Origin: Candidatus Effluviviaceae Genus V sp.
Lineage (GTDB): Bacteria > Joyebacterota > Joyebacteria > Joyebacterales > Joyebacteraceae
DNA length: 64,000 bases
Direction: 5' to 3'
NCBI GenBank assembly: GCA_014728125.1
Contig: WJMD01000097.1
Span: 2,833-66,832, forward strand
Part shown: positions 45,014 to 54,264 of the stretch, in pieces
Layout of the letters: every line of letters begins with the position of its first letter
How positions within the stretch are numbered: the first letter of the stretch is position 1
Notes under the pieces: generated by a model
What the model was told of the DNA's origin: nothing
The model's input: only the letters and a program-made list of their open reading frames with translations
Databases searched by the model: none
Program-made: the position numbers and the translations under genes

Positions 45014-46129
45014 ATGGCGAACGTCGTCCTCAAGGGAGTCACGAAGGTCTTCGACGGCGACGTCGTCGCGGTCGACAACGTGAGCCTCGAGGTCCAGGAC
45101 CGGGAGTTCGTCGTCCTTGTCGGACCATCGGGGTGCGGCAAGTCGACGCTTCTGAGGATGATCGCAGGGCTCGAGGAGATCACGGAGGGCGAGATCTCCA
45201 TCGACGATAGGATCGTGAACGACGTGCCCCCGAAGGACCGCGACATCGCCATGGTCTTCCAGAACTACGCTCTCTACCCTCACATGTCGGTCTACGACAA
45301 CATGGCGTTCGGGCTGAAGCTCAGGAAGCTCCCGAAGGACGAGATCGACGCGAGGGTCCGTGAGGCGGCAGAGATCCTCGGGATCGAGCAGCTTCTCGAC
45401 CGGAGGCCGAAGGCTCTCTCCGGCGGCCAGCGCCAGCGCGTGGCGGTCGGCCGCGCCATCGTGCGGAAGCCGAAGGTGTTCCTCTTCGACGAGCCGCTGT
45501 CGAATCTCGACGCGAAGCTCAGGGTCCAGACCCGGACGGAGATCTCGAAGCTGCACGAGCGTCTCAAGGCCACCATCATCTACGTCACGCACGACCAGAC
45601 GGAAGCCATGACGATGGGAAGCCGGATCGTCGTTCTGAAGGACGGCCTGGCCCAGCAGGTGGCGGGTCCTCTCGAGATCTACCAGAAGCCGGTCAACCGC
45701 TTCGTCGCCGGCTTCATCGGGAGCCCCGCGATGAACTTCATCGAGGGGAAGCTCGAGCGCGAGAACGGCCGCGTACGCTTCGTCTCGGAGGGCATCGAGG
45801 CGGACGTACCGGAAGCACGTGCCGCGGGCCTCGGAGGCACCGAGAGCGCGGTCGTCTTCGGCATCCGCCCGGAGGACATCTTCGACGCGTCCGAGGAGTC
45901 GAGGCTCGAGAACAGCACCCGAATCTCGGCGAAACTCGATGTCGTCGAACCCATGGGGAACGAGATCTACCTCTACTTCAAGCTCGGCGGTCAGGACATG
46001 GTCGCGCGGATCGACGTGCGTGAGCCCCCGGCGGTCAACACCACCCTCGATCTGGTCATCGACATGGACAGCGCTCACTTCTTCGATCTCGAAAGCGGCC
46101 GTTCGCTGGTCGCCGACGGTGAGGAGTGA
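45014..46129 (+). CDS. sugar ABC transporter ATP-binding protein (MalK/UgpC/MsmK family), orphan
   Basis: Walker A GPSGCGKST is present, with the signature LSGGQRQRVAVGRA, Walker B VFLFDEPLSNLD, and a C-terminal TOBE/MalK regulatory domain. No permease or binding-protein genes lie nearby. Confidence 0.85.
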   Translation: MANVVLKGVTKVFDGDVVAVDNVSLEVQDREFVVLVGPSGCGKSTLLRMIAGLEEITEGEISIDDRIVNDVPPKDRDIAMVFQNYALYPHMSVYDNMAFGLKLRKLPKDEIDARVREAAEILGIEQLLDRRPKALSGGQRQRVAVGRAIVRKPKVFLFDEPLSNLDAKLRVQTRTEISKLHERLKATIIYVTHDQTEAMTMGSRIVVLKDGLAQQVAGPLEIYQKPVNRFVAGFIGSPAMNFIEGKLERENGRVRFVSEGIEADVPEARAAGLGGTESAVVFGIRPEDIFDASEESRLENSTRISAKLDVVEPMGNEIYLYFKLGGQDMVARIDVREPPAVNTTLDLVIDMDSAHFFDLESGRSLVADGEE

Positions 46130-47076
46130 GCGGTCCCTTGCCTCACACGCTCGGTATCGACATAGGCGGAACGAACGTCCGGGTCGCCGTCGTCGACGAC
46201 GACGGCCGTCCGGATGAACTCGAGGGCAGCGGCTGGAGCGGCGGCGCGCCCGAGGAGTGCGTGTCGGTCGTCTCCTCGCTCGTCGAGCGCGTCGGTCCGT
46301 CCGGCCCCCTCGCCGTGGCGGGATGCGGCTGCGCCGGTCTGGTCGACCATGACCACGGCATCGTCACGAGCTCTCCGAATCTCCCGTTGTGGCGCGACGT
46401 CCCACTGGGCGCGATGCTGAGCTCCAGACTCGACATGCCCGTCATTATCGAGAACGACGCCAACGCGGCAGCGTACGGAGAGTACGCGGCCGGCGCCGCG
46501 GCCGGAGCGAGGAACGCCGTGATGCTGACCCTGGGTACGGGACTCGGCGCCGGATTCGTCCTGGGCGGTCGTCTCTACCGTGGGAGCCACGGACTCGCGG
46601 CCGAGTACGGACACACGACGATCGAGGTCTCCGGCGAGCCCTGCGCCTGCGGGGGGTCGGGCTGCCTCGAGAACCTCGTCAGCGCCGGTGCCCTGACGGC
46701 CCGCGCCCGAAGGCTCATCGCCTCGGGGCGGCAGAGCTCGCTCGGCGAGGCCGGAGACGAGTTCACCGCGGCCGAGGGCGGCCGCGCGGCGTCTTCGGGC
46801 GATGCTGTCGCACTGGACGCCCTCGCCGAGACCGGCCGCTATCTGGGCGTCGGTCTGGCCAACCTCGTCAGGACGCTCGATCCCGATGTGGTCGTGATCG
46901 GCGGCGGCGTCGCCGGCGCGGGTCAAACGCTTCTCACCCCCGCCCGCGAGGAACTCGAACGCCGGCTCTCCGGCTGTCCATCCCCGCTGCCGCGGCTCGT
47001 CTTCGCCGAGCTGGGGAACGCGGCCGGCGTGGTCGGCGCGGCTCTTCTGGCGCGCGCCTCGCTGGCCGGTTCCTGA
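46126..47076 (+). CDS. ROK-family sugar kinase (glucokinase-like)
   Basis: LGIDIGGTNVRVA is present, together with the ROK zinc motif CACGGSGCLE. Confidence 0.8.
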   Translation: MSGPLPHTLGIDIGGTNVRVAVVDDDGRPDELEGSGWSGGAPEECVSVVSSLVERVGPSGPLAVAGCGCAGLVDHDHGIVTSSPNLPLWRDVPLGAMLSSRLDMPVIIENDANAAAYGEYAAGAAAGARNAVMLTLGTGLGAGFVLGGRLYRGSHGLAAEYGHTTIEVSGEPCACGGSGCLENLVSAGALTARARRLIASGRQSSLGEAGDEFTAAEGGRAASSGDAVALDALAETGRYLGVGLANLVRTLDPDVVVIGGGVAGAGQTLLTPAREELERRLSGCPSPLPRLVFAELGNAAGVVGAALLARASLAGS

Positions 47077-47142
47077 CGCCCGGCGTGGACGTGGGACGCA
47101 GGCCGCGGCGCCGGGGGTTCTCCGAGGACGCGAGGCGGTAAC

Positions 47143-50100
47143 GTGATCCCCATCCTCTTTCTTGCGCTCGCCCTGTCAGCGACCTCCCCGCAGCAGGCGG
47201 GGGGCGATGACGGCTTCATCATCTCAGCCGACACGGTCGAGGGAAGCGAGGGCCCCGAGGGAAGGGTCGTCGAACTCTACGGGAACGTCTCGATCACGCG
47301 TCGCGGCGCCGTCCTCACCGGCGCTCGAGGCACGGTCTACGAGGACACCGGACTCGCCGTCATCAGGGGGAACGTGCGCGGAACCGACGGGCCCGCCTCG
47401 ATCGCATGCGACTCGCTCAGATACTATCGTGACGACGACGTGGCCGTTCTGACCGGGAATGCGTCGTACGCCGACACATCGGTCGTCGCCCGCGCGCGCC
47501 GCATCGACATCTACCGTCTGGACGAGATCGCTGTCTTCTCGGGGGACGTCGTGGCCGAGGACGTCGACGGCGAGGCCGAGCTCACCGCGCAGCGGCTCGT
47601 CTACGACGCCGCCCGCGGCGAGGCCCGATCGTACGGGGATCCAGTCCTCACGACCTATGACGATGAGGGTGCGATCGATGCCGTGCTTCGTGGAGACGTC
47701 ATCGAGATGGCCACGGAGACGGAGACGATCAGGGCCTTCGGAAGCACGCGGATCGAGACGCGCGACGTCATGGCGCGGGCCGGGGTGGCGACACTCTTCG
47801 GGGAGGACGAGAGGATCGTGCTCGACGGCTCGCCGTCGGTGCAGCAGGACACCGACCGGATGAGCGGCGGGCGCGTGGTCGTCGCGACGGCGGACGGCGA
47901 GATCGAGCGCGTCGACGTGACGGGGGGTGCGCGAGCCGACTACACGATCGAACCCGACGAGCCCGGAGGTGACCTTGAGTCCGGCTACGTCGCGGGCGAC
48001 AGTCTGACGATGTACTTCGCGAACGGGGATCCGGTCAGGACCTTCGTCCGCGGTCGGGCCGAGAGCGAGCACGCCGTCGGGCTCTCCGGCGAGCGCAACA
48101 CGCTGTCGGCGCGGACCATCGACGTCAGGTTCTCCGAGGGCAGGATCAACCGGGCGACCTTCCGCGGGAACGCCCAGGGCGTCTACGTCTTCGTCCCGGA
48201 GGATGGGGGAGAGACGGCCGGGAGCGACACGACGGCCTTCGACCGGGTGGCCTACGCGTCGACGACGATCGACTACTACGTTCCCAGGAACAGGATCGTC
48301 CTCACGAAAGGAGCCCGGGTCGAGTACAAGAGCACCGAGCTCAGGGCCGGGCGGATCGAGTTCGACCCAGAAGAGGAACTGATGATCGCGAGCGAGAGTC
48401 CTGACCTCCTTGAGGAGGGCGAGCGACTCGTGGGGTCGCGTCTCGGCTACGACCTGAGCGACGAGTCGGGCGCCGTCGTCGGTGGCGTCACGACATTCGA
48501 GGAGGGGCTCTACGCCGGCGACTGGATCGTACGCGAGTCCGACGGCTCACTGAGCGTCAGGGACGGCGTCTACACGACGTGCGCCGACGAGCACCCGCAC
48601 TATCGGCTGGTCGCGTCGCGGATGCGCATCTACCTCGATGACAAGGTCGTCGCGCGGCCCGTCATCCTCTACATCGGTGAGATCCCGGTGCTGGCACTCC
48701 CGTTCTATGTCTTTCCCATCCGCAAGGACAGGCACTCGGGGTTCCTCATTCCGACCATCGAGGTCGGCCTGTCCGGGGACAAGGGCCGGTTCGTGCGGAA
48801 CTTCGGCTACTACTGGGCCCCGAACGACTACGTCGACGTCTCCGCCTGGGCCGACTACTACGAGCAGACGAGATGGGTCGGTCACCTCAAGGCGCGCTAC
48901 AAGGTGCGCTATGCCCTGTCCGGATCGGTCGAGTCGTCGTTCACCGACGAGCTGGCGGGCGGAAAGCGCCGCTGGGACCTCAAGGTCACCCACCGCCAGG
49001 AGTTCGGCCGCCACTGGACGGCCGGCGCCTCCGGGGACTTCCGGAGCGATGCCGCGTACGCCACCGACACGAACCAGACGATCGAGGAGAGCGTCAACAG
49101 GAGCCTCCACTCCCAGCTGTGGTTCCGGGGGCGGTGGAGCGGTGTCTCGGTCGGCGTGACGCTCGACCGCAGGGAGGAGCTCGACCAGGACCGCGTGTCG
49201 GAGCTCCTGCCCAAGGCCGACATCTCGTTCTCGTCGAAGCCCATTCTGTCGGCGGAGAGGGACGACGGCGCGTTCAGAAAACTGCTCTCCGAGATATCCG
49301 TCGGCTGGAGGGCGCTCGCCGTCAACGACAGGGACACCTCGGGAGACGACGAGGAGGTGCACCAGGGCGTGGGGGTGTCGATGTCCCTGCGTTCGAGCAT
49401 CAAGGCGTTCCGGTGGGTCAACCTGACCCCGCGGCTCAACATCAGGGCGAACGTCTACGACCGGGGCCGCGACGGCGGGGAGTTCCCGACGAGGGTGACC
49501 TACGACGCGGGTGTCTCGGCCGGCACGACGGTCTACGGGACCTTCATGCCCGAGATCGGCCCCGTCAGAGGGGTGCGCCACATCGTGGAGCCGTCGGCCT
49601 CCTTCTCCTGGACCCCGGAGTTTTCGCAGTACTTCGAAGAGGACGGGACCGACCGCTTCTACTCCTTCAGCGGGTTCGGAGGCACGCCGGGGGCGAGGAA
49701 GTCCCTGAGCCTCTCGCTCGTGAACAGGCTTCAGGTGAAGCTCTCCTCTGGTGACGACACCCGCAAGCTGGACAATCTGGCGAGGCTGTCGTTCCGGAGC
49801 AGCTACGACTTCCGTCGCGACGACGAACGGTGGTCCGATCTGTCATCGGGGTTCGAGCTTCGCCCGGGCCGGGCGCTCTCCTTCCGGTGGTCGGGACGCC
49901 ACGACCCGTACGACGGCTGGGCCATTCAGAACTCCAGTCTGACGACGACGGTCACGCTGAACGGGAGCGCACCGGCGGCCGACCGGACGTGGGAGGACCG
50001 CGTGCAGGACATGGCGTCTCCGAGCCCGGTCGACGAGCTGAGACAGCAGATCGCGGAGCGCGCGAGATCGGGACTCACGACGCTGAAGCCGTGGAGCGCC

Positions 50101-50406
50101 TCGATGACCTTCCGGTACTCGAGAGGAGCGTCGTCCGCCAGCGAATCGTACTGGGTCGACGGCAGCGTGGCCTTCTCGCCGACGCCGAAGTGGCGGCTCA
50201 ACTACTCGCTGCACTACGATCTCGAGGCCGGCGAGGTCGCCAGCCAGGAGTACACGATCTATCGTGACCTCCACTGCTGGGAGGCCCAGTTCACGCGCCG
50301 CTACTACAACGACGAGTGGCAGTACTACTTCAGGATCAGTGTCAAGGCGCTTCCCGAGCTCCAGGCCGAGTCCGGCGAGCGCTACCTTTCACGAGGAATC
50401 CGCTAG
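47143..50406 (+). CDS. lptD: LPS-assembly protein LptD-like outer-membrane protein (extended N-terminal OstA-like repeats + C-terminal beta-barrel)
   Basis: A signal peptide is present. Repeated OstA/LptA-like beta-jellyroll segments follow (LYGNVSITRRGAVLTGARG; VFSGDVVAEDVDGEAELTAQRLVYD...). The C-terminal portion of about 500 aa is LptD_C-like (GFLIPTIEVGLSGDKGRFVRNFGYYWAPNDYVD...). At 1087 aa it is longer than E. coli LptD. Confidence 0.65.
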   Translation: MIPILFLALALSATSPQQAGGDDGFIISADTVEGSEGPEGRVVELYGNVSITRRGAVLTGARGTVYEDTGLAVIRGNVRGTDGPASIACDSLRYYRDDDVAVLTGNASYADTSVVARARRIDIYRLDEIAVFSGDVVAEDVDGEAELTAQRLVYDAARGEARSYGDPVLTTYDDEGAIDAVLRGDVIEMATETETIRAFGSTRIETRDVMARAGVATLFGEDERIVLDGSPSVQQDTDRMSGGRVVVATADGEIERVDVTGGARADYTIEPDEPGGDLESGYVAGDSLTMYFANGDPVRTFVRGRAESEHAVGLSGERNTLSARTIDVRFSEGRINRATFRGNAQGVYVFVPEDGGETAGSDTTAFDRVAYASTTIDYYVPRNRIVLTKGARVEYKSTELRAGRIEFDPEEELMIASESPDLLEEGERLVGSRLGYDLSDESGAVVGGVTTFEEGLYAGDWIVRESDGSLSVRDGVYTTCADEHPHYRLVASRMRIYLDDKVVARPVILYIGEIPVLALPFYVFPIRKDRHSGFLIPTIEVGLSGDKGRFVRNFGYYWAPNDYVDVSAWADYYEQTRWVGHLKARYKVRYALSGSVESSFTDELAGGKRRWDLKVTHRQEFGRHWTAGASGDFRSDAAYATDTNQTIEESVNRSLHSQLWFRGRWSGVSVGVTLDRREELDQDRVSELLPKADISFSSKPILSAERDDGAFRKLLSEISVGWRALAVNDRDTSGDDEEVHQGVGVSMSLRSSIKAFRWVNLTPRLNIRANVYDRGRDGGEFPTRVTYDAGVSAGTTVYGTFMPEIGPVRGVRHIVEPSASFSWTPEFSQYFEEDGTDRFYSFSGFGGTPGARKSLSLSLVNRLQVKLSSGDDTRKLDNLARLSFRSSYDFRRDDERWSDLSSGFELRPGRALSFRWSGRHDPYDGWAIQNSSLTTTVTLNGSAPAADRTWEDRVQDMASPSPVDELRQQIAERARSGLTTLKPWSASMTFRYSRGASSASESYWVDGSVAFSPTPKWRLNYSLHYDLEAGEVASQEYTIYRDLHCWEAQFTRRYYNDEWQYYFRISVKALPELQAESGERYLSRGIR

Positions 50407-50790
50407 CCGCCACATCGATCCCCGGGGCCCCGCCGGTCACCCCTCAGCTCGAGCGGTGTACGGAGGTCTTCTCTCCGCTACGAAGGGCATCCCACGGCCT
50501 GACCCCCGCAGGGCGGGCGGCTTCTGCATTCGAGACCGCCCTCCCGTGTCACGCGTCCGCCGGACGACCGAAGCCGCACGTTGCGCGCCGCGGTTCGACG
50601 GGGTCTCGGCCCCGGTCCAGTGTCGACCAGATACGCCTCTAAGTGGCCATGGGACAAGTCCTTACAGATTTAGCGCGCGACCCCACGAGGGGGGGCCAAC
50701 ACGGCCGGTGCCGCCTTGTGAAAAGGCCCGTTCGATGGGGCCTTCCTCAGGGGGGTGCGCCGGAAGCGCCAGCCAGTAGGGGAATTCCTG

Positions 50791-50819
50791 TTGACAGAAT
50801 GAGGGGTGTGTTGTAGCGT
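50791..50819 (+). promoter_or_regulatory. putative sigma70 promoter for hup
   Basis: TTGACA sits at 50791-50796, a 17-nt spacer follows, and TAGCGT sits at 50814-50819. This lies 69 nt before the hup ATG. Confidence 0.3.
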
Positions 50820-50887
50820 GTCCCCAACTTCGTCAGCTTGAGCGGATGTGGTGCTTGTGAGACTGGTTCCTGAGAGGGGGTTGCAGG

Positions 50888-51172
50888 ATGAACAAGGCGG
50901 AACTCATCGAGAAGGTCGCGCAGCGTTCAGGGCTTTCGAACCGTGCAGCGAAGGACGTCGTCGACTCGATCTTCGCGGTCGACAACGGGATCATCGCCGA
51001 GGAGCTCAAGAGCCGCGGCAAGGTCCAGATCACGGGCTTCGGCACCTTCCAGGCCGACAAGCGCAACGCCCGCGACTGGCGGATCCCCGGCACCGACAGG
51101 ACGAAGCACGTGCCGGAGCACTTCGCGCCGAAGTTCAAGGCCGGTAAGTCGCTGAAGGACACGGTCAAGTAG
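50888..51172 (+). CDS. hup: HU-family nucleoid DNA-binding protein
   Basis: MNKAELIEKVAQRSGLSNRAAKDVVDSIFAV...GFGTF......R.P.T is the HU/IHF fold signature. The protein is 94 aa. Confidence 0.9.
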   Translation: MNKAELIEKVAQRSGLSNRAAKDVVDSIFAVDNGIIAEELKSRGKVQITGFGTFQADKRNARDWRIPGTDRTKHVPEHFAPKFKAGKSLKDTVK

Positions 51173-51281
51173 AACGACCCGAGCAGGGTACACGACTCAA
51201 CGGGGAGCGGAGAGTCCTGGACTCTTCTCTCCCCGTTTCTCTTTGCTCGCCGGATGACGCACGTCCGGCGGGAGGACGAGT

Positions 51282-52649
51282 ATGCAGCAGCTGGTCGCTA
51301 CCGTCATCAGGCGGACCGAGACCGGGCGCCGGACGACGTCCACGGGGCTGTCGGCGAGACGGCTGTCGCTCCGCGTCAGGGTCGAGGGGCCCGTCGAGAA
51401 GGCCCTCGCCGTTCCTGACCGGGTGAAGGGCAGGGAGATGACCATCGTGCGCGAGGTGCCGGGTCGATGGGGCATCCGCCGGGGCGACACGATCGTGCTC
51501 AGCCGGAAGGAGAGCGCGAGGGCGCTGTGTCCAAGGAGGGCATCGCTTCCCGAGCTCCCGTCGGGCGCCGACGCGGTGAGGCTCGACACCGGCGACATCG
51601 ACAGAGACGGCTTCGAGGAGGACCGTCTCTCGAACGCCTTCGTGGAGGCGGTGCTCAAGCCCCACCGCGGCGCGCGCCTCGCATCGCTCAGGGACTGCGG
51701 CGGCGTCGACCGCTTCGCGCAGCCCTTCGAGCACATCATGGCGGGGAAGTACGTGCTCCTCGGGGGCGCCGAGGACCTCATCTTCGAATCGGGTTCGCCC
51801 GGGAAGCTCTGGAACGCCGCCCTCGAACGCGAGCAGGGCGGGGCCGGCGAGGCCGTGTACGGAACGAAGCTCAAGAGCCCCGCCCACGTTCGCCTCCGGA
51901 AGCGCGCGTGGACGGAGCCGGGTCTCCCCGGTGTCATCACCGAGGTCCGCATCCGGTATGACGGTACGTCGAACGACGAGGCCGGACGGGAGAGCGCGGA
52001 CGAGGACAGGACGGCGATCTCGTACGGCATCAGGCTCTCGACGGCGGTCACCGGAACCGCGTCGAGGAACGTCTTCGACGTCCCCGGCCCCGGCGGCGTC
52101 AAGGTCGTCCGGTACGTCAGGCCGCCTCACGGCAGGCGCTGGCGATGGCGCGACTGGAGGGACGAGAGCTTCGGGCTGAGGGGAGGCTTCCTGATCAGCC
52201 GTCACGAGGTGCTCGGGCGCCCTCTCATGGTGCTTTTCAGCGCCCGCCGGGCGCTCTGCGTGGGCATCCGGAACGACCTTCCGGGGCCGGAGGTCGTGCT
52301 GCGGCACAGGACGGTCCGCCTCAGAGCGGATGCTGAGCGGCCGTGGGGCGCGGCCTTTCTGTCGGGCGATGCCTCGTGCGCGTCCGGTAAGAGCGCGCTG
52401 CTTCTTTCCCGCGACAGAACGGGCACAAGACTTGCGGTCAGCGTCCGGACGGCGCGACGTGTCGAGCGGATCCGGGCCTCGCTTCTGACGGCGGGCGGAC
52501 GGCGGCGGCTGACGCTCCGCCCCGTCGAGGTCCCGTACGCCGGACATCTGCATACGGGCGTGCTCGAGGACCTGGACGCCATGAGGCGGCTGGCATGCCG
52601 CGTGCGCGTCGCCGACGACGTGCTCCGCGCGGCGCTGGAGGACGCATGA
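51282..52649 (+). CDS. hypothetical protein (translationally coupled to the downstream GCS2 ligase)
   Basis: This 455-aa ORF has coding-like GC3. The opposite-strand ORF is antisense-like. The stop TGA overlaps the ATG of the next gene (ATGA). No family was recognised. Confidence 0.5.
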   Translation: MQQLVATVIRRTETGRRTTSTGLSARRLSLRVRVEGPVEKALAVPDRVKGREMTIVREVPGRWGIRRGDTIVLSRKESARALCPRRASLPELPSGADAVRLDTGDIDRDGFEEDRLSNAFVEAVLKPHRGARLASLRDCGGVDRFAQPFEHIMAGKYVLLGGAEDLIFESGSPGKLWNAALEREQGGAGEAVYGTKLKSPAHVRLRKRAWTEPGLPGVITEVRIRYDGTSNDEAGRESADEDRTAISYGIRLSTAVTGTASRNVFDVPGPGGVKVVRYVRPPHGRRWRWRDWRDESFGLRGGFLISRHEVLGRPLMVLFSARRALCVGIRNDLPGPEVVLRHRTVRLRADAERPWGAAFLSGDASCASGKSALLLSRDRTGTRLAVSVRTARRVERIRASLLTAGGRRRLTLRPVEVPYAGHLHTGVLEDLDAMRRLACRVRVADDVLRAALEDA

Positions 52650-53884
52650 TAAGGGCGCTCGAACCCCTGACGCTCGGATACGACTGGGAGATGGCCGTTC
52701 TCAGGCCGTCGGGTGAGAACGTGTCCGAGAAGGACGTCACCGAGCTGGGCGACGACCTGCGCTCGAAGCTGTCCTGGGCGGAGACCGGCACCGATTTGGA
52801 GCTTCTGGAGAGCCGGATCGGCGCGGTCCGGAGCTTCGGTGAACTCCTGAAGAAGAGCGAGCGCTTCGACGAGGTGCTCACGGAGGAACTCGAGCGCCGA
52901 GGGTGGGGGCTGCTCCGGCTCGGAGCGAGGCCGTTCCAGATGGAGCCCGTCGGGGCGCACGTCCACGTGGGGACCGTGTCGAGCACGCGGGCGGCGATCG
53001 GTATCCAGAACGGGATGATCCCGTACACTGCGCCTCTCGCCGCGCTCTGCGTCAACAGCGCCGTCTACCGGTCGCGCTGGGGCGACTACAAGAGCTACCG
53101 CGTCGCGTCGTTCGCGGAGGGCTGCTCGACCCCACAGGGCGTCTACCGACCCGAGACGTCGCAGTGGATCTGGGGTACGGACGTCAACGCGAAGCATGCC
53201 TGGGGCTCGACCGTCGAGCTCCGGGTCGCAGACTGTACAGGGTCGGTCCGCCTGATGTGCGAGGTCACCGCGTTCGTCGCGGGCATGATGTTCCACGTCG
53301 CGGAGCACGGGCTCGACCGCGAGGTCGGCACGGACGAGTATCGCGAGTTCCTCGTGAACCGCTGGCGGGCCGCTCGGCACGGTCTTCAGGCCGTGTTCGA
53401 GCGGAACGGACGAGGGATCGAGGTCGTCTCACTGTTGACAGAGATGCTGGAGATGGCGCAGGATGGCCTTGAACTCCTCGGGACGTCCGTCGGAGATCTG
53501 AAGGTCGTCCGGGCCATGCTCAGGAAGCGCCAGACGCAGGCCGACTTCCAGAGGGCGCTTTTCGAGATGGACGGGTGCGATCCCTATCGCCACACGCGGA
53601 CCATGATGAACGTTCAGAGGGATCCCAGGGCCTTCGAGCGCTACCTGCGGACGGCGCCGATGCTCGAAGCACTCGAGCCCGAGGACCACGACGCGTTCCT
53701 CCTCGGCCTGGTCGAGGTCGAGACGCCCTACCATATGCTGCTCCGTGCGACTCCGCTCGGACCGGACGCTCTCGACCGTCTGCTCGAGCGTCTCGTGCGC
53801 GAGGGCCTCGTCGTCGAGGGGCGGGACCCCATGGGGGTCAGAACGTATACGCGGGCCGGCGCCCTGCCCGAGCAGCCGAACTGA
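52646..53884 (+). CDS. glutamate-cysteine ligase family 2 (GCS2/YbdK-type carboxylate-amine ligase)
   Basis: LTLGYDWEMAVLRPSG and the GCS2 hallmark GAHVHVGTVSS are present, with the later ELRVAD pattern. The start was set at ATG 52646; the ORF is open from 52595. Confidence 0.7.
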   Translation: MIRALEPLTLGYDWEMAVLRPSGENVSEKDVTELGDDLRSKLSWAETGTDLELLESRIGAVRSFGELLKKSERFDEVLTEELERRGWGLLRLGARPFQMEPVGAHVHVGTVSSTRAAIGIQNGMIPYTAPLAALCVNSAVYRSRWGDYKSYRVASFAEGCSTPQGVYRPETSQWIWGTDVNAKHAWGSTVELRVADCTGSVRLMCEVTAFVAGMMFHVAEHGLDREVGTDEYREFLVNRWRAARHGLQAVFERNGRGIEVVSLLTEMLEMAQDGLELLGTSVGDLKVVRAMLRKRQTQADFQRALFEMDGCDPYRHTRTMMNVQRDPRAFERYLRTAPMLEALEPEDHDAFLLGLVEVETPYHMLLRATPLGPDALDRLLERLVREGLVVEGRDPMGVRTYTRAGALPEQPN

Positions 53885-53913
53885 CGGCCGGGGCGTCCGC
53901 CGGGAGGTGACGC

Positions 53914-54261
53914 ATGGGAGAGGTGTCCAGCATGGTCGAGCTTCTGGGAGTGCTCCTGAGGCTTCTGGGACTCGATCGGAACGCCCTGCTGCCGGCCGTC
54001 GCGCTGCTCATACTCTTCTTCCTTCTGGCGGTCCCCGCGGGTCTCCTCGCGCAGTCCCGCAGGATCGCCACGGGGCGACAGGGGATCGTCGGCGAGCGGG
54101 GAAGGACGGTCGGCGCACTGGACCCGGAGGGCAAGGTCTTCGTCCACAGCGAGTACTGGAACGCCGTCGCCGACGAGCCGATCGGTGAAGGAGAACGGAT
54201 CGTCGTGACCGGCGTCGACGGCATGAGGCTCAGGGTCGAGCGGGATCCTCAAGGGAGGTAG
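53914..54261 (+). CDS. NfeD-family membrane protein (stomatin partner, OB-fold C-terminus)
   Basis: The N-terminus has TM helices. The C-terminus is GIVGERGRTVGALDPEGKVFVHSEYWNAVADEPIGEGERIVVTGVDGMRLRVE, the NfeD OB-fold pattern. The gene lies directly upstream of the SPFH gene. Confidence 0.7.
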   Translation: MGEVSSMVELLGVLLRLLGLDRNALLPAVALLILFFLLAVPAGLLAQSRRIATGRQGIVGERGRTVGALDPEGKVFVHSEYWNAVADEPIGEGERIVVTGVDGMRLRVERDPQGR

Positions 54262-54264
54262 CGC

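Noticed and set aside
50745-50785. Possible SRP (4.5S) RNA domain-IV-like motif CCGGAAG...AGCCAG upstream of hup
   Set aside because: Only a partial match to the conserved GGUCCGGAAGGAAGCAGCCAAGG core. The flanking sequence cannot form the long SRP helix. It is more likely part of the hup promoter region.
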